Shown here: in pieces, positions 36,280-45,937 of the stretch
Position numbering within the stretch: the stretch's first letter is position 1
Layout: the number at the start of each line of letters is the position of its first letter
Assembly: GCA_964595285.1 (NCBI GenBank)
Contig: CAZQPS010000047.1
Location: 27,317 to 91,316, forward strand
DNA from: an uncultured Dehalococcoidia bacterium
Lineage (GTDB): Bacteria; Chloroflexota; Dehalococcoidia; Lucifugimonadales; JADFKI01
Length of the DNA stretch: 64,000 bases
Reading direction: 5' to 3'
Translations under genes and position numbers: made by a program
The notes under the pieces: model-generated
What the model was told of the DNA's origin: nothing
Seen by the model: the letters and a program-made list of their open reading frames with translations, nothing else
The model's database searches: none

Positions 36280-36518
36280 TCAAGTGCTCCCACCTTCTTG
36301 AGCATGTGTTCAACAGCTTCTGATGGTTTGGCACCTTGCTTGATCCACTTAACCGCTTTTTCTTCGTCTATAACAATCGTAGGGGGGTCAGTACGGGGGT
36401 TATAATGGCCTAAGTGATCTACAAACGCCCCGTTTCTTGCCGCCCTAGAGTCAGCCACTACAATCCTGTAGCTAGGTTGATTCTTAGCACCCACTCTTCT
36501 CAATCGCATTCTCAACAT
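36276..36518 (-). CDS. rpsP: 30S ribosomal protein S16
   Basis: MLRMRLRRVGAKNQPSYRIVVADSRAARNGAFVDHLGHYNP is the S16 signature. Confidence 0.95.
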   Translation of the reverse strand: MLRMRLRRVGAKNQPSYRIVVADSRAARNGAFVDHLGHYNPRTDPPTIVIDEEKAVKWIKQGAKPSEAVEHMLKKVGALE

Positions 36519-36761
36519 AATTTATTAATTTCCACCTTCAAATAAATCCAACTACTACAGTTCTTAAATAAGCCGACCATATGACAGTGAACATACCAGA
36601 CATGTCCCTGAGTGTATCTACAGCTAATGCGTCCTGTCAACGCCACCGGCTATATTAAACAGCGCATTCCAGGATAAACATTTGCCTATCTCGGTTCATA
36701 TTAGTCATCCACAGAATTTAAGTGAGATGGCAGAATACTAGCTACCCAGAAACACGACAGA

Positions 36762-37019
36762 TTACTCTTTATTCAAAGCGCTAAGCTGCTTCATAATTCG
36801 TGATTTTCTTCGCGAGGCATTATTCGGATGAATCGCCCCTTTTTGGGCAGCCTTATCTAATGCTTTAATGGCATCATCTGTTGCTTCCTTAGCACCAGAA
36901 GTATCGGCGGCATCCATGAGGTTTCTTGCCCTTCGTATGTAAGTCCTAGCCGCACTCCTTAATGGAGCGTTTCTAAGTCTCTTTCTTTCAGACACCCTGT
37001 TAGTTTTTGCACTAGGCAA
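36762..37019 (-). CDS. rpsT: 30S ribosomal protein S20
   Basis: MPSAKTNRVSERKRLRNAPLRSAARTYIRRA...KGAIHPNNASRRKSR is the S20 pattern. Confidence 0.93.
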   Translation of the reverse strand: MPSAKTNRVSERKRLRNAPLRSAARTYIRRARNLMDAADTSGAKEATDDAIKALDKAAQKGAIHPNNASRRKSRIMKQLSALNKE

Positions 37020-37065
37020 TTCTTCCAGTACCTCCAGAGATTAATCCCACAACATTTGTGATCAG

Positions 37066-39225
37066 TTAGGAACTCGCACGACTTACCGACGTAACTCCCC
37101 TCACACCCTCTAACATTGAAAACAAAGTGTTAAGTTGATCAATCCCATTTATATATATTGTAAGCGTTACAACGCTTATTTCACCACGTTCCTCGGATAT
37201 ACAGTTTTCTATATTAACATGCTGTTCTGAAACAAGGGAAGTAATATCACTCAGGAGACCCAGTCTGTCCCATGCCTCGATCATAATTCTAATGGGGTAT
37301 AGAGTCTGTGACCTGCCCCAATCGAGAGCTATTAGACCTTCAGTTTCCACATCTGCAGAAATATTGGAACACACCTTTTTATGGACAGTCACACCTCTAC
37401 TGCGCGTTATAAAACCGATTATTGGATCATTAAGGATAGGTGCGCAGCAGAGCGCGATACGCATAGGGAGATCCCCCACCCCTAACACCTCAACCCCAGA
37501 CGCAGGGCTGCTCGCCAAAACGAGCGATTGAGGTTCGTGTTCGATTTCCAAATTTTGAGTTGAAAGTCGATGTGCAACTTGACTTACCGTGATCGTACCA
37601 TCCCCTAAAGCTGCTATAAATGCGCTAGTACTATCAAATTCCATTAACTCTGCTAAATCTTGATCATCTACTGCAACCGTGAGGCGTCTTAACTGCTTTT
37701 GGAATATTTCAGTTCCCCTTTGGACATTTATACGATGTTCTTGGCGATTGAACCATTGGCGTACTTTTGCTCTGGCAGATCCCGTGGTAATGTAGCCTTG
37801 ATCCGGATTCAACCACTCAAGACTAGGACCACCCGCGCTGTTACTAGTTACTATTTCTACTGTATCGCCATTCTCTATCTTATGTGTAAGAGGAACTAAT
37901 TTGCCGCCTATCTTACCTCCCACACTGCGATTTCCTACGTCCGTATGAATTCTGTAGGCAAAGTCTAGTATGGTGGAGCCAGCAGGTAATTCCTTCAGTT
38001 CGCCTTTAGGGGTATATACATAAACCTGGCTTTGGAATATATCTGTCTTGAAAGATTCAACATAGTCTGTCGCCCCGTCAACATCCCTCTGCCATTCTAT
38101 AATCTGCCTCAACCAAGTCATTTTCGCTTCAAATTCCAAATCTGATGCCGTACCTTCTTTGTACAACCAGTGTGCCGCTACCCCGTATTCCGACACCCTA
38201 TGCATCTCATGAGTCCTTATTTGAACCTCCACTGGATGAGCGTCCACACAAAGAACTGCCGTATGTAGTGACTTATATAAATTGTCCTTCGGGTTTGCTA
38301 TGTAATCGTCAAATTGACCTGGCAAAGGGCGCCATTTTGTATGTACTATGCCAAGGGCCGTATAGCAATCTTGAGGTGTATCTACCAAGATTCTTAGAGC
38401 GAATAGATCGTGAATATCGTTCGCCCCTAAATTTTCTTTGGAGTATTTCTCAATTTTCTTATGTATGCTATAAATATGTTTCGGACGTCCAGTGACTTCG
38501 GCCATTATCCCAGCGGCCTCCAGTGCTACCTGCAATGAGTCCCGTACATTTTCTATGTACTCTTCGCGTTCTTTCCTTTTCGCACTCAATCTTCGAGATA
38601 TATCCTTGTAGGCACTTGGGTTAATATTTTGGAACGAAAGATCTTCCAATTGCCATTTTATCTCCCAAATGCCCAGCCTATGAGCTAAAGGAGCATAAAT
38701 GTCGAGCGTTTCTTGAGCGATAGACTGCCGTCTATCAGAAGGGAGCGCTCCGAGAGTCCGCATATTATGTAGCCTATCCGCTAATTTAATTAAAACTACA
38801 CGGACATCTTCCGCCATTGACATCAGCATTTTGCGAATTGTAGCTGCTTCAGCTGTCTCTTCATTAATCAGACTTAATCCAGACTCGGAGATTACGTCTT
38901 GAGACATTATTTCTGTCTTGGTAAGTTTAGTAACTCCATCAACAAGACTTGCTATTTCAGATCCAAAAATACTAGCAATCTCCTCACTAGCTACATCGCA
39001 ATCCTCAACCACATCATGTAGCAGTGCAGCCGCCAGCGTGTCTTGATCGAGCCTTAAATCGGCTAGGAAAAGAGCTGTGTTAAGAGGATGTTCTATGAAG
39101 GGCTCGCCAGATTTTCTGACCTGACCTTGGTGCGCTGCTGCTGCAAACGAGTACGCCTCCTCAATAATCGCGATGCGATCCTCCGGAATGTACTCCCTAG
39201 CCTTAGCCAGTAGTGAGTGAACCAT
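37066..39225 (-). CDS. bifunctional (p)ppGpp synthetase/hydrolase (RelA/SpoT homolog)
   Basis: HD hydrolase domain (HQGQVRKSGEPFIEHPL, LLHDVVED), synthetase domain (RPKHIYSIHKKI, YKSLHTAV, EVQIRT), TGS domain (VYVYTPKGELKELPAGST) and a C-terminal ACT-like domain. Confidence 0.93.
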   Translation of the reverse strand: MVHSLLAKAREYIPEDRIAIIEEAYSFAAAAHQGQVRKSGEPFIEHPLNTALFLADLRLDQDTLAAALLHDVVEDCDVASEEIASIFGSEIASLVDGVTKLTKTEIMSQDVISESGLSLINEETAEAATIRKMLMSMAEDVRVVLIKLADRLHNMRTLGALPSDRRQSIAQETLDIYAPLAHRLGIWEIKWQLEDLSFQNINPSAYKDISRRLSAKRKEREEYIENVRDSLQVALEAAGIMAEVTGRPKHIYSIHKKIEKYSKENLGANDIHDLFALRILVDTPQDCYTALGIVHTKWRPLPGQFDDYIANPKDNLYKSLHTAVLCVDAHPVEVQIRTHEMHRVSEYGVAAHWLYKEGTASDLEFEAKMTWLRQIIEWQRDVDGATDYVESFKTDIFQSQVYVYTPKGELKELPAGSTILDFAYRIHTDVGNRSVGGKIGGKLVPLTHKIENGDTVEIVTSNSAGGPSLEWLNPDQGYITTGSARAKVRQWFNRQEHRINVQRGTEIFQKQLRRLTVAVDDQDLAELMEFDSTSAFIAALGDGTITVSQVAHRLSTQNLEIEHEPQSLVLASSPASGVEVLGVGDLPMRIALCCAPILNDPIIGFITRSRGVTVHKKVCSNISADVETEGLIALDWGRSQTLYPIRIMIEAWDRLGLLSDITSLVSEQHVNIENCISEERGEISVVTLTIYINGIDQLNTLFSMLEGVRGVTSVSRASS

Positions 39226-39488
39226 TAGGTTAGCCTCTTGAAATCGTCCATTTCATTCCATACAACGCCAGACAGTATATATAACATGACTCTACCTAGC
39301 AATTGAAGCAAAGGTCTTCTTAAGGAAAAGTCTTCTATGGTAAAATTTGGTAGAGGTGGTTTCAGATAGCAGTCAAGTTAAAACGCCTATACAACTGGTC
39401 CACAATAAACATGCAGCTAGAACAGACTGAATTCTGTCTTCAGTCATCTCAATTTCCACACATATACTTAAGGAGCCTACTGGCCAAT

Positions 39489-40847
39489 ATGACATCACAA
39501 AATAAAGAGAGGATACGGGTGGGGCCAATAAGTGGATTCCCTGAATGGGGCCCTGCCGAACGAATAGTAGAACAACAAATGTTAGACATCATTAGGACAA
39601 CATTTGAGATGTACGGGTTTTCACCTATTGAAACATCCTCAGTAGAACGTAATGAGATCCTAACCGCCAAGGGCTCCGAAGAAACTGAAAGACAGATATA
39701 TAGACTAACTGGGCTACATCCACAAACACCTGAGGATGCTAGAGAATACTCTCTGCATTTTGATTTGACCGTCCCATTAGCTAGGTATGTCGCCCAACAC
39801 CATTCAGAGTTAGTTTTCCCATTTAAGCGATATCAAATTCAAAAAGTATGGAGAGGTGAACGTCCACAACACGGACGATTCAGGGAATTTACACAATGTG
39901 ACATCGACATCGTGGGTGACGAGAGTTTGGATCTTATTGCCGACGCTGAAGTGCCTGCAGTTATATATGAAATTTTCAAAGCACTGAATATTGGCCCATT
40001 CAATATACAGATTAGTAATCGAAAAATTCTTTCTGGTTTTCTAGAAAGCTTGAGTTTGAATAAATTACAGACTAGTGAAATTCTAAAAGAAGTCGACAAA
40101 ATAGATCGTGTAGGACAAGAAAGACTGGAAAATCAACTTGCGACTGCAGGGATATCTAAGTCAATAATATCATCCTTTTTCACTCTCCTCGGACTATGTG
40201 GAACCCCTGAAGAAGTACTTAAAATACTTACAGACATGAAAGGAATAAGTGAAAAATTTGAGCAAGGAGTACAAGAACTCCAAGTTGTAGTTGAACATGC
40301 GAATAACTTTGGTATAGAAGGCGATTGTCTAAGCGTAGATCTTAAAATAGTTAGAGGCTTGGACTACTATACCGGTACTATTTACGAGACTCGACTTAAA
40401 GACCATCCACAATTAGGGAGCATATGTTCAGGAGGACGGTACGAAGATCTGGCCAGCTATTTCATCAACCGTACTCTCCCTGGAGTAGGGATTTCAATAG
40501 GACTGACTAGATTGTTTTCTCAGCTCCTGCAAGCTAATTTAGTCAGCATCGGCTCCCAGTCTATTGCACCCGTTTTAGTCACAACCCCTGAACCGCATTC
40601 TCGCTCTAATTCCATGAAGATTGCTACTCTGCTAAGAACATCAGGCATTAAGACTGAAACATTTCTCGACGAAGCGCGCTTAACAAGACAATTGAGATAT
40701 GCTTCTCGCAAGGGATTTGCGGTAGTTCTTATACCTTTTGACGAAGATCTCAAGGCAGGAAACATTCGGGTCAGGTACATGGACAAAAGCGAAGAGGTCT
40801 CAGTTGCTTATGGGGACCTCACTCAAATACTGTCTACCTATAGATAG
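39489..40847 (+). CDS. hisS: histidine--tRNA ligase
   Basis: Class II motif 2 region KRYQIQKVWRGERPQHGRFREFTQCDIDIVG, motif 3 region GGRYEDL...GVGISIG, and a C-terminal anticodon-binding domain. The start is at ATG 39489 (MTSQNKE..). ATG 39411 is the alternative. Confidence 0.88.
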   Translation: MTSQNKERIRVGPISGFPEWGPAERIVEQQMLDIIRTTFEMYGFSPIETSSVERNEILTAKGSEETERQIYRLTGLHPQTPEDAREYSLHFDLTVPLARYVAQHHSELVFPFKRYQIQKVWRGERPQHGRFREFTQCDIDIVGDESLDLIADAEVPAVIYEIFKALNIGPFNIQISNRKILSGFLESLSLNKLQTSEILKEVDKIDRVGQERLENQLATAGISKSIISSFFTLLGLCGTPEEVLKILTDMKGISEKFEQGVQELQVVVEHANNFGIEGDCLSVDLKIVRGLDYYTGTIYETRLKDHPQLGSICSGGRYEDLASYFINRTLPGVGISIGLTRLFSQLLQANLVSIGSQSIAPVLVTTPEPHSRSNSMKIATLLRTSGIKTETFLDEARLTRQLRYASRKGFAVVLIPFDEDLKAGNIRVRYMDKSEEVSVAYGDLTQILSTYR

Positions 40848-40874
40848 GAGTGCTCATGAAATGCCTATCTATAC

Positions 40875-41000
40875 CCACAGCTTCTCTACCACTTTGCCAC
40901 CAAATTAGTAGAGAATTGAACAAAATAAGTGTAGTCCAGGAATTACTTGGACATTCCAGCTTGAACACTCCACCAAGTATATCTAACGGTCACAGCTAAT
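40875..41000 (+). pseudogene. degraded 3' fragment of a tyrosine recombinase/integrase gene
   Basis: Three different frames carry consecutive pieces of the catalytic C-terminus: QLLYHFATKLVEN* (compare H.LRHTFAT.LLENG), LNKISVVQELLGHSSLNT (compare vq.lLGHssl.tT) and HQVYLTVTANYLEK (the catalytic-Tyr region). No N-terminal part is present. Confidence 0.65.
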
Positions 41001-41156
41001 TACCTAGAGAAATCTACGGACTATTGGGTGGATGTTATTAAGGAATATAGGACTACTATGATGAAGGGTATCCCAACTTTTGAAAAGCGTCCATAAGTGA
41101 GTCTGGTATAATTAGCTTATGCGGGGCATTTCGAAGAAAGCAAGTTACCACTGTCT

Positions 41157-42227
41157 ATGTTAGAAATTCTATCATCGTTTGAAAACCGATATGCAGAAAT
41201 AGACCAGCTAATGGCTGATCCCACTGTGTCACAAGATTTCCTGCAGGTCCAAAAATTGGCTAAAGAGCAATCATCAATAAGGGACATAGTCGAGTTAACT
41301 TCATCGTACAGACTAACACTTCAAGAACTGCAAGACATTAAGACAATGATACGGGACGAATCAGATCAAGAAATATTGGCATTGGCAAAAACAGAAGAAG
41401 CCAATCTAATGGACCAAGTTGAAAAGCTAGAAACCGGACTAAGGTTTGCACTTATCCCAAGAGATCCCAACGACGATAAAAATGTCATTATGGAAATACG
41501 GGCAGGAACCGGGGGAGATGAGGCGGGACTCTTCGCAGCCGACCTATATCGCATGTACCAACGATACGCCCAACGCAAGGGATGGAAATCAGAAGTAATT
41601 GAAGCACACCAGACTGGACTTGGCGCTATAAAAGAAATCGTGTTCGCCATCAAAGGAGACGGAGCATATAGCCAATTAAAACACGAGAGCGGAGGACACA
41701 GAGTTCAACGTATCCCCGTTACCGAATCTGGCGGACGCATTCACACTTCTGCTGCAACTGTCGCAGTGTTACCTGAAGCCGAAGAAATTGATGTGGACAT
41801 CAAGGCAGATGAACTAGATATAGATATCTTTAGAGCTGGTGGCAACGGAGGACAAAACGTTCAAAAAGTAGAGACTGCAGTACGGATCACCCATATACCG
41901 ACCGGTGTTACCGCCACATGTCAAGATGAAAGATCTCAATTGAAAAATCGTGAGAAAGCGATGGGCGTTCTCAGGTCTAGGATACTAGCAAGAGAAATTG
42001 AACGCCAACAGCAAGAAGTCTCAACGGCTAGACGTCTTCAAATAGGAAGTGGTGATAGATCTGAGAGAGTTCGAACATACAATTTCCCACAAGGGCGAGT
42101 AACAGATCATAGAATTAATTATTCCAGCCACAGCTTAGATCAAATTCTTGACGGAGACCTTCAAGAATTTGTAACAAACTTACTTGAACAAGAGCAAGCA
42201 GACAAACTAGACGCCGCCACCACTTAA
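41157..42227 (+). CDS. prfA: peptide chain release factor 1
   Basis: RF1 tripeptide context [14 protein letters not shown] (PVT) and the GGQ motif [25 protein letters not shown]. Confidence 0.95.
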   Translation: MLEILSSFENRYAEIDQLMADPTVSQDFLQVQKLAKEQSSIRDIVELTSSYRLTLQELQDIKTMIRDESDQEILALAKTEEANLMDQVEKLETGLRFALIPRDPNDDKNVIMEIRAGTGGDEAGLFAADLYRMYQRYAQRKGWKSEVIEAHQTGLGAIKEIVFAIKGDGAYSQLKHESGGHRVQRIPVTESGGRIHTSAATVAVLPEAEEIDVDIKADELDIDIFRAGGNGGQNVQKVETAVRITHIPTGVTATCQDERSQLKNREKAMGVLRSRILAREIERQQQEVSTARRLQIGSGDRSERVRTYNFPQGRVTDHRINYSSHSLDQILDGDLQEFVTNLLEQEQADKLDAATT

Positions 42228-43087
42228 TGGCACTAATGAAGGTTTCCTCACTACAAATAGCTCTATCCCAAGAATTGCCCTGTAAGTATGGCTCTTCTCC
42301 AACATTAGAAGCAGAAATCATCATCAGACATGCTTTGAGAATAGACCGAACCCAATTCTACGCATCACTTAATCTGGAATTGACTCAAGACCAATTAAAA
42401 TTTATTAATCTTCTGTTCCAAAGGAGATTGACCGGAGAACCTCTGCCATACATTATTGGTAAAAAAGAATTTTTTGGTCTTGAGTTAAACGTTTGCGACG
42501 AAGTCTTGATTCCACGGCAAGAAACGGAAATTCTTGTTGAAGTAGCACTCGACTTCGCTTCCTCGTTAGAACTATATGACCCCATCATAGTAGACGTAGG
42601 TACAGGTTCCGGAGCTATCGCGCTAGCTCTTTCAACACGAATGCCCAAAGCTGCAATTTATGGCGTAGACATTTCTCATAAGGCTTTGATGGTAGCGAAT
42701 AAGAACAAACAGCATTTAGAGGTGGGGAGCAACGTCACTTTCTTGCAAAGTGATCTTCTTACTTCTTTTCGCGGCCCAGTTCACATAATCGTGTCTAACC
42801 CGCCCTATATTTCGTATGATGCAAAATCGATTGCGAACACGGATCTTTCCTATGAACCGAGACTGGCGCTCGACGGCGGCAAAGGCGGTATAGAAGTTAT
42901 AAGAAGATTATATTCCGAATCCAAAAATGTTCTAAATAAACATCAAGGATGCATCATAGTTGAAATATCCCCTGAGCAAGAATGTCAAATCCTAGAACTA
43001 GCCCGCACTACGTTCCCTAATTCGAATACACGCTCAATTGCAGATCTTTCAGGGTCCGCCCGAGCCGTTGTATCGGCGTCGCCGTGA
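42227..43087 (+). CDS. prmC: release factor glutamine N5-methyltransferase
   Basis: TAATG overlap with prfA. SAM-binding VDVGTGSGAIAL and the catalytic NPPY (VSNPPYI). Ends on TGA at 43085..43087. Confidence 0.9.
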   Translation: MALMKVSSLQIALSQELPCKYGSSPTLEAEIIIRHALRIDRTQFYASLNLELTQDQLKFINLLFQRRLTGEPLPYIIGKKEFFGLELNVCDEVLIPRQETEILVEVALDFASSLELYDPIIVDVGTGSGAIALALSTRMPKAAIYGVDISHKALMVANKNKQHLEVGSNVTFLQSDLLTSFRGPVHIIVSNPPYISYDAKSIANTDLSYEPRLALDGGKGGIEVIRRLYSESKNVLNKHQGCIIVEISPEQECQILELARTTFPNSNTRSIADLSGSARAVVSASP

Positions 43088-43118
43088 CTGCTCCATATTG
43101 ATTACCTAGCACGACAGG

Positions 43119-44258
43119 CTATTCAAAGCCCAGTTGATAATGTTTGCCTTCCGTCTTGATAGACGGCGCCACCAGAACTTCTGCGTTATGCATCTCTCTT
43201 ATATTCTGCGCACCAACCATACCCATACATACTCTAAGGGCGCCCATAAGATTCTGAGTTCCATCAGTGACAGACGTTGGACCAAACAATATCTCTTCTA
43301 AGGTACCCTTAATTCCGACATTCACCCTTGTACCTCTTGGAAGGGCCGGGTGCGGATTGGCCATACCCCAATTGTAGCCCTTGCCTGGGGCTTCCTTTGC
43401 TTGGGCCAATGGAGTACCTAACATCACTGCGTCTGCACCACAGGCAAAAGCCTTACACAAATCACCGCCTGTGCGTATTCCTCCGTCAGTTATTATAGGT
43501 ACATATCTCCCAGTCTCCTCATAGTAGGCATCACGAGCTGCAGAGCAATCTAGCGTTGCTGTTACCTGAGGCACGCCAACACCTGTTACTTCCCTAGTAG
43601 TACAAGCTGCTCCAGGCCCAACTCCTACCAAAACACCATGTATACCAGTACTCATTAACTCAAAGGCTACGTCGAAGCCAACGCAGTTCCCCACCAGTAT
43701 GGGAATATCTACCATCTCAAGTAACTCAGGAAATCTCAGTCCAACCTCACTATTTGACACATGACGCGTCGTTGTGACTGTAGACTGAACTACAATCATA
43801 TCCGCACCGGCTTCCGCCGCAATCGGAGCCAATTTCTTTGTATTAGCAGGAGTCACAGATACGGCACATTTTGCGCCATTCCTCTTTGTTGCTTCAACCC
43901 GCCTTGCTATTAAGTCATGTTTCACTGGTTGGCTGTATAGTTTCTGTAAAAGACTTGTCACTTCCTCCTGAGGAGTTGTAACAATCTCATTAAGTAAGGC
44001 ATCCGGGTCTTCGTATCTAGCTTGGACGCCCTCTAAATTCATTACCGCCATGCCTCCAAGACTGCTCATTTCACCTGCAAAATCTGGTGAAACTACTGCA
44101 TCCATTGCAGCAGCCAAAACCGGGGTGGTAAGAGTGATGCCATCTATGGAAAATTCAGTGGAGGTTAACTCGGGGTTTACTGTAAGTTCGCCAGGAGCAA
44201 TGGCGACTTCATCAAAGCCATAGGCTCTACGTATTTCCCTTAAAGGGGGTGCTGCCAT
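43119..44258 (-). CDS. GuaB3-family IMP dehydrogenase-related protein
   Basis: REIRRAYGFDEVAIAPGELTVNPELT at the N-terminus and a TIM-barrel with GVGPGAACTTR, without a CBS insert. 379 aa, as for GuaB3-type proteins. Confidence 0.82.
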   Translation of the reverse strand: MAAPPLREIRRAYGFDEVAIAPGELTVNPELTSTEFSIDGITLTTPVLAAAMDAVVSPDFAGEMSSLGGMAVMNLEGVQARYEDPDALLNEIVTTPQEEVTSLLQKLYSQPVKHDLIARRVEATKRNGAKCAVSVTPANTKKLAPIAAEAGADMIVVQSTVTTTRHVSNSEVGLRFPELLEMVDIPILVGNCVGFDVAFELMSTGIHGVLVGVGPGAACTTREVTGVGVPQVTATLDCSAARDAYYEETGRYVPIITDGGIRTGGDLCKAFACGADAVMLGTPLAQAKEAPGKGYNWGMANPHPALPRGTRVNVGIKGTLEEILFGPTSVTDGTQNLMGALRVCMGMVGAQNIREMHNAEVLVAPSIKTEGKHYQLGFE

Positions 44259-44362
44259 TCTTGCCCTCCCGCGCCAGATTTAGAGGACTATAGCAAAGCC
44301 ATATTACAGCGTCAAGTTATATGTTAGTGATTAATTAATTCTGTATAAATCATAAATGAATT

Positions 44363-44623
44363 TTAAGCTCTTTCCAGTATAGCCTTCATTAGGTCTTGCA
44401 AGTCGGGAAACTTATGAACATCTGGCAAATGCTCGTGAGCAGCGATTAATTCGTCATTTATGTAAATATGAAACTTACCATGATCACTGGGAATCAGTGT
44501 CATTGATGCGATGTGTTCACCCGTTCTACTAAGCGCTTCACCAGCCATCCAGGCCGCTCTCAGGGCGTGTCCTCAATGTTGACAATACTCGATCCTTATA
44601 TTTAATCCGCGGTCATTTGTCAT
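44363..44623 (-). CDS. SelW-like / Rdx-family selenoprotein (CxxU), Sec codon TGA at complement(44573..44575)
   Basis: My translation upstream of the 61-aa track ORF, same frame, reads MTNDRGLNIRIEYCQH-TGA-GHALRAAWMAGEAL...GKFHIYINDELIAAHEH..HKFPDLQDLMKAILERA (86 aa). IEYCxxU, the RAAW helix, G.F.v.v...li and FP..el are the Rdx/SelW family blocks. GGAG lies 10 nt upstream of ATG 44623. Confidence 0.85.
44542..44556 (-). promoter_or_regulatory. candidate SECIS hairpin of the SelW-like gene
   Basis: On the mRNA: CGGCC / loop UGGAU / GGCUG (5 bp including one G-U). The loop starts 21 nt after the UGA and has G at loop position 2. Confidence 0.45.
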
Positions 44624-44783
44624 AAATCTACGACTCCAGGTTGGAATACCCTGACTCTGTCACAAGGGCGTAGAGTGATGATATGATCTATACAGGCGAA
44701 GGTCAATCATCTAGGAATTAATTGATTATTCTCCGTACAGTTTGGGGAAAATAATAAAGTTGATCAAGAATTAGAATTGGGTC

Positions 44784-45932
44784 ATGAAACATATGAAAAA
44801 ATATTCTCGAGAAGATTCCATAAAGACAATTGCGAAAGAGCTAGGTTTCGATCTTGTAGGAATAACATCGGCTGAACCATTTTTCAGAGGAGAACAAGAA
44901 TCCATCAAAAGAATTAAAGACGGATTCATGAATGGCTTGAATTGGTACACAGAAGAAAGAGTCCGAAAGGCAAATCGTCCTAGGCTCTTGTTAAATGACG
45001 CAAAGTCTGTAATTTCTTTAGGGCTGAATTACTTTTCTGAACCTACAACTGAAAAACCAGCTACTCCGTCAGGGCGAATTGCACGTTACGCGTGGGGAGA
45101 CGACTACCATAAAGTGATCAAGAAAAAGCTCTCTGAATTTTGTAGCAGACTTGACTGCCTAGTTCCTGAAAATGTAGAAAGTCGATTTTTTGTTGATGAC
45201 GGACCAATGAACGACAGAGCTGCAGCAGAAAGATCAGGAATAGGATGGTACGGTAAGAATACCAACATATTAACTAGTTCTCACGGATCATGGATATTCC
45301 TAGCACAGATAATTACAAATCTCGAATTAACTGCAGACATCCCTCTAAAAAAAACCTGCGGCTCTTGCGTAAGATGTATTGACGAATGTCCCACCTCCGC
45401 CATTGTGGCACCCTTTGTAATAGACAATACTAAATGTATTTCATATCTCACAATTGAATTAAAAGGATCTATACCCATCGAAATGCGCCCTTTGATGGGT
45501 GACTGGGTTTTTGGATGTGACATATGCCAAGACGTGTGTCCTGTTAATCGCAAGGCTAATTACAGTTCCGAACCCGCGTTTCAACAAAGACACGACTTCT
45601 CGGCCCCCGACCTTTTGCCTCTATTAGAATTAAGTGAAGAAGATTTTCGAGATCGATTCCAATCTAGCCCCATCAAAAGAACAAAACGTGTGGGACTACA
45701 GAGAAATGTGTGCGTTGCTTTAGGCAATATTGGGGACAGACAGGCGATTCCTTCCCTAGGACGAGCGCTTGGCTCAGCAGATAGTTCAGTAGTACGCAGC
45801 CATGCTGCATGGGCCTTAGGACAGATCGGGGGACTACAATCAAAAAGATATCTATTGCAGGCGAAAGATGACGAAACAGACAAAGAAGTTGTTGATGAAA
45901 TTAAGCTAGCTATTATTGCATCGAGAGACTAA
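44784..45932 (+). CDS. queG: tRNA epoxyqueuosine(34) reductase
   Basis: GWYGKNTNILT, two ferredoxin-type clusters (CGSCVRCIDECP, CDICQDVCP), CISYLTIE, and C-terminal HEAT-like repeats (VVRSHAAWALGQIG). Confidence 0.9.
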   Translation: MKHMKKYSREDSIKTIAKELGFDLVGITSAEPFFRGEQESIKRIKDGFMNGLNWYTEERVRKANRPRLLLNDAKSVISLGLNYFSEPTTEKPATPSGRIARYAWGDDYHKVIKKKLSEFCSRLDCLVPENVESRFFVDDGPMNDRAAAERSGIGWYGKNTNILTSSHGSWIFLAQIITNLELTADIPLKKTCGSCVRCIDECPTSAIVAPFVIDNTKCISYLTIELKGSIPIEMRPLMGDWVFGCDICQDVCPVNRKANYSSEPAFQQRHDFSAPDLLPLLELSEEDFRDRFQSSPIKRTKRVGLQRNVCVALGNIGDRQAIPSLGRALGSADSSVVRSHAAWALGQIGGLQSKRYLLQAKDDETDKEVVDEIKLAIIASRD

Positions 45933-45937
45933 CCAGT

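Noticed and set aside
39226-39488. A T-box leader upstream of hisS.
   Set aside because: A GGTGG string is present (agaggtggtttc). The conserved T-box sequence (..GGUGGUACCGCG..) and a terminator/antiterminator pair are not.
44363-44548. The 61-aa track ORF as a stand-alone small gene.
   Set aside because: It is the C-terminal two-thirds of the SelW-like protein. Its ATG lies inside the putative SECIS loop, and the conserved CxxU N-terminus lies upstream in the same frame.
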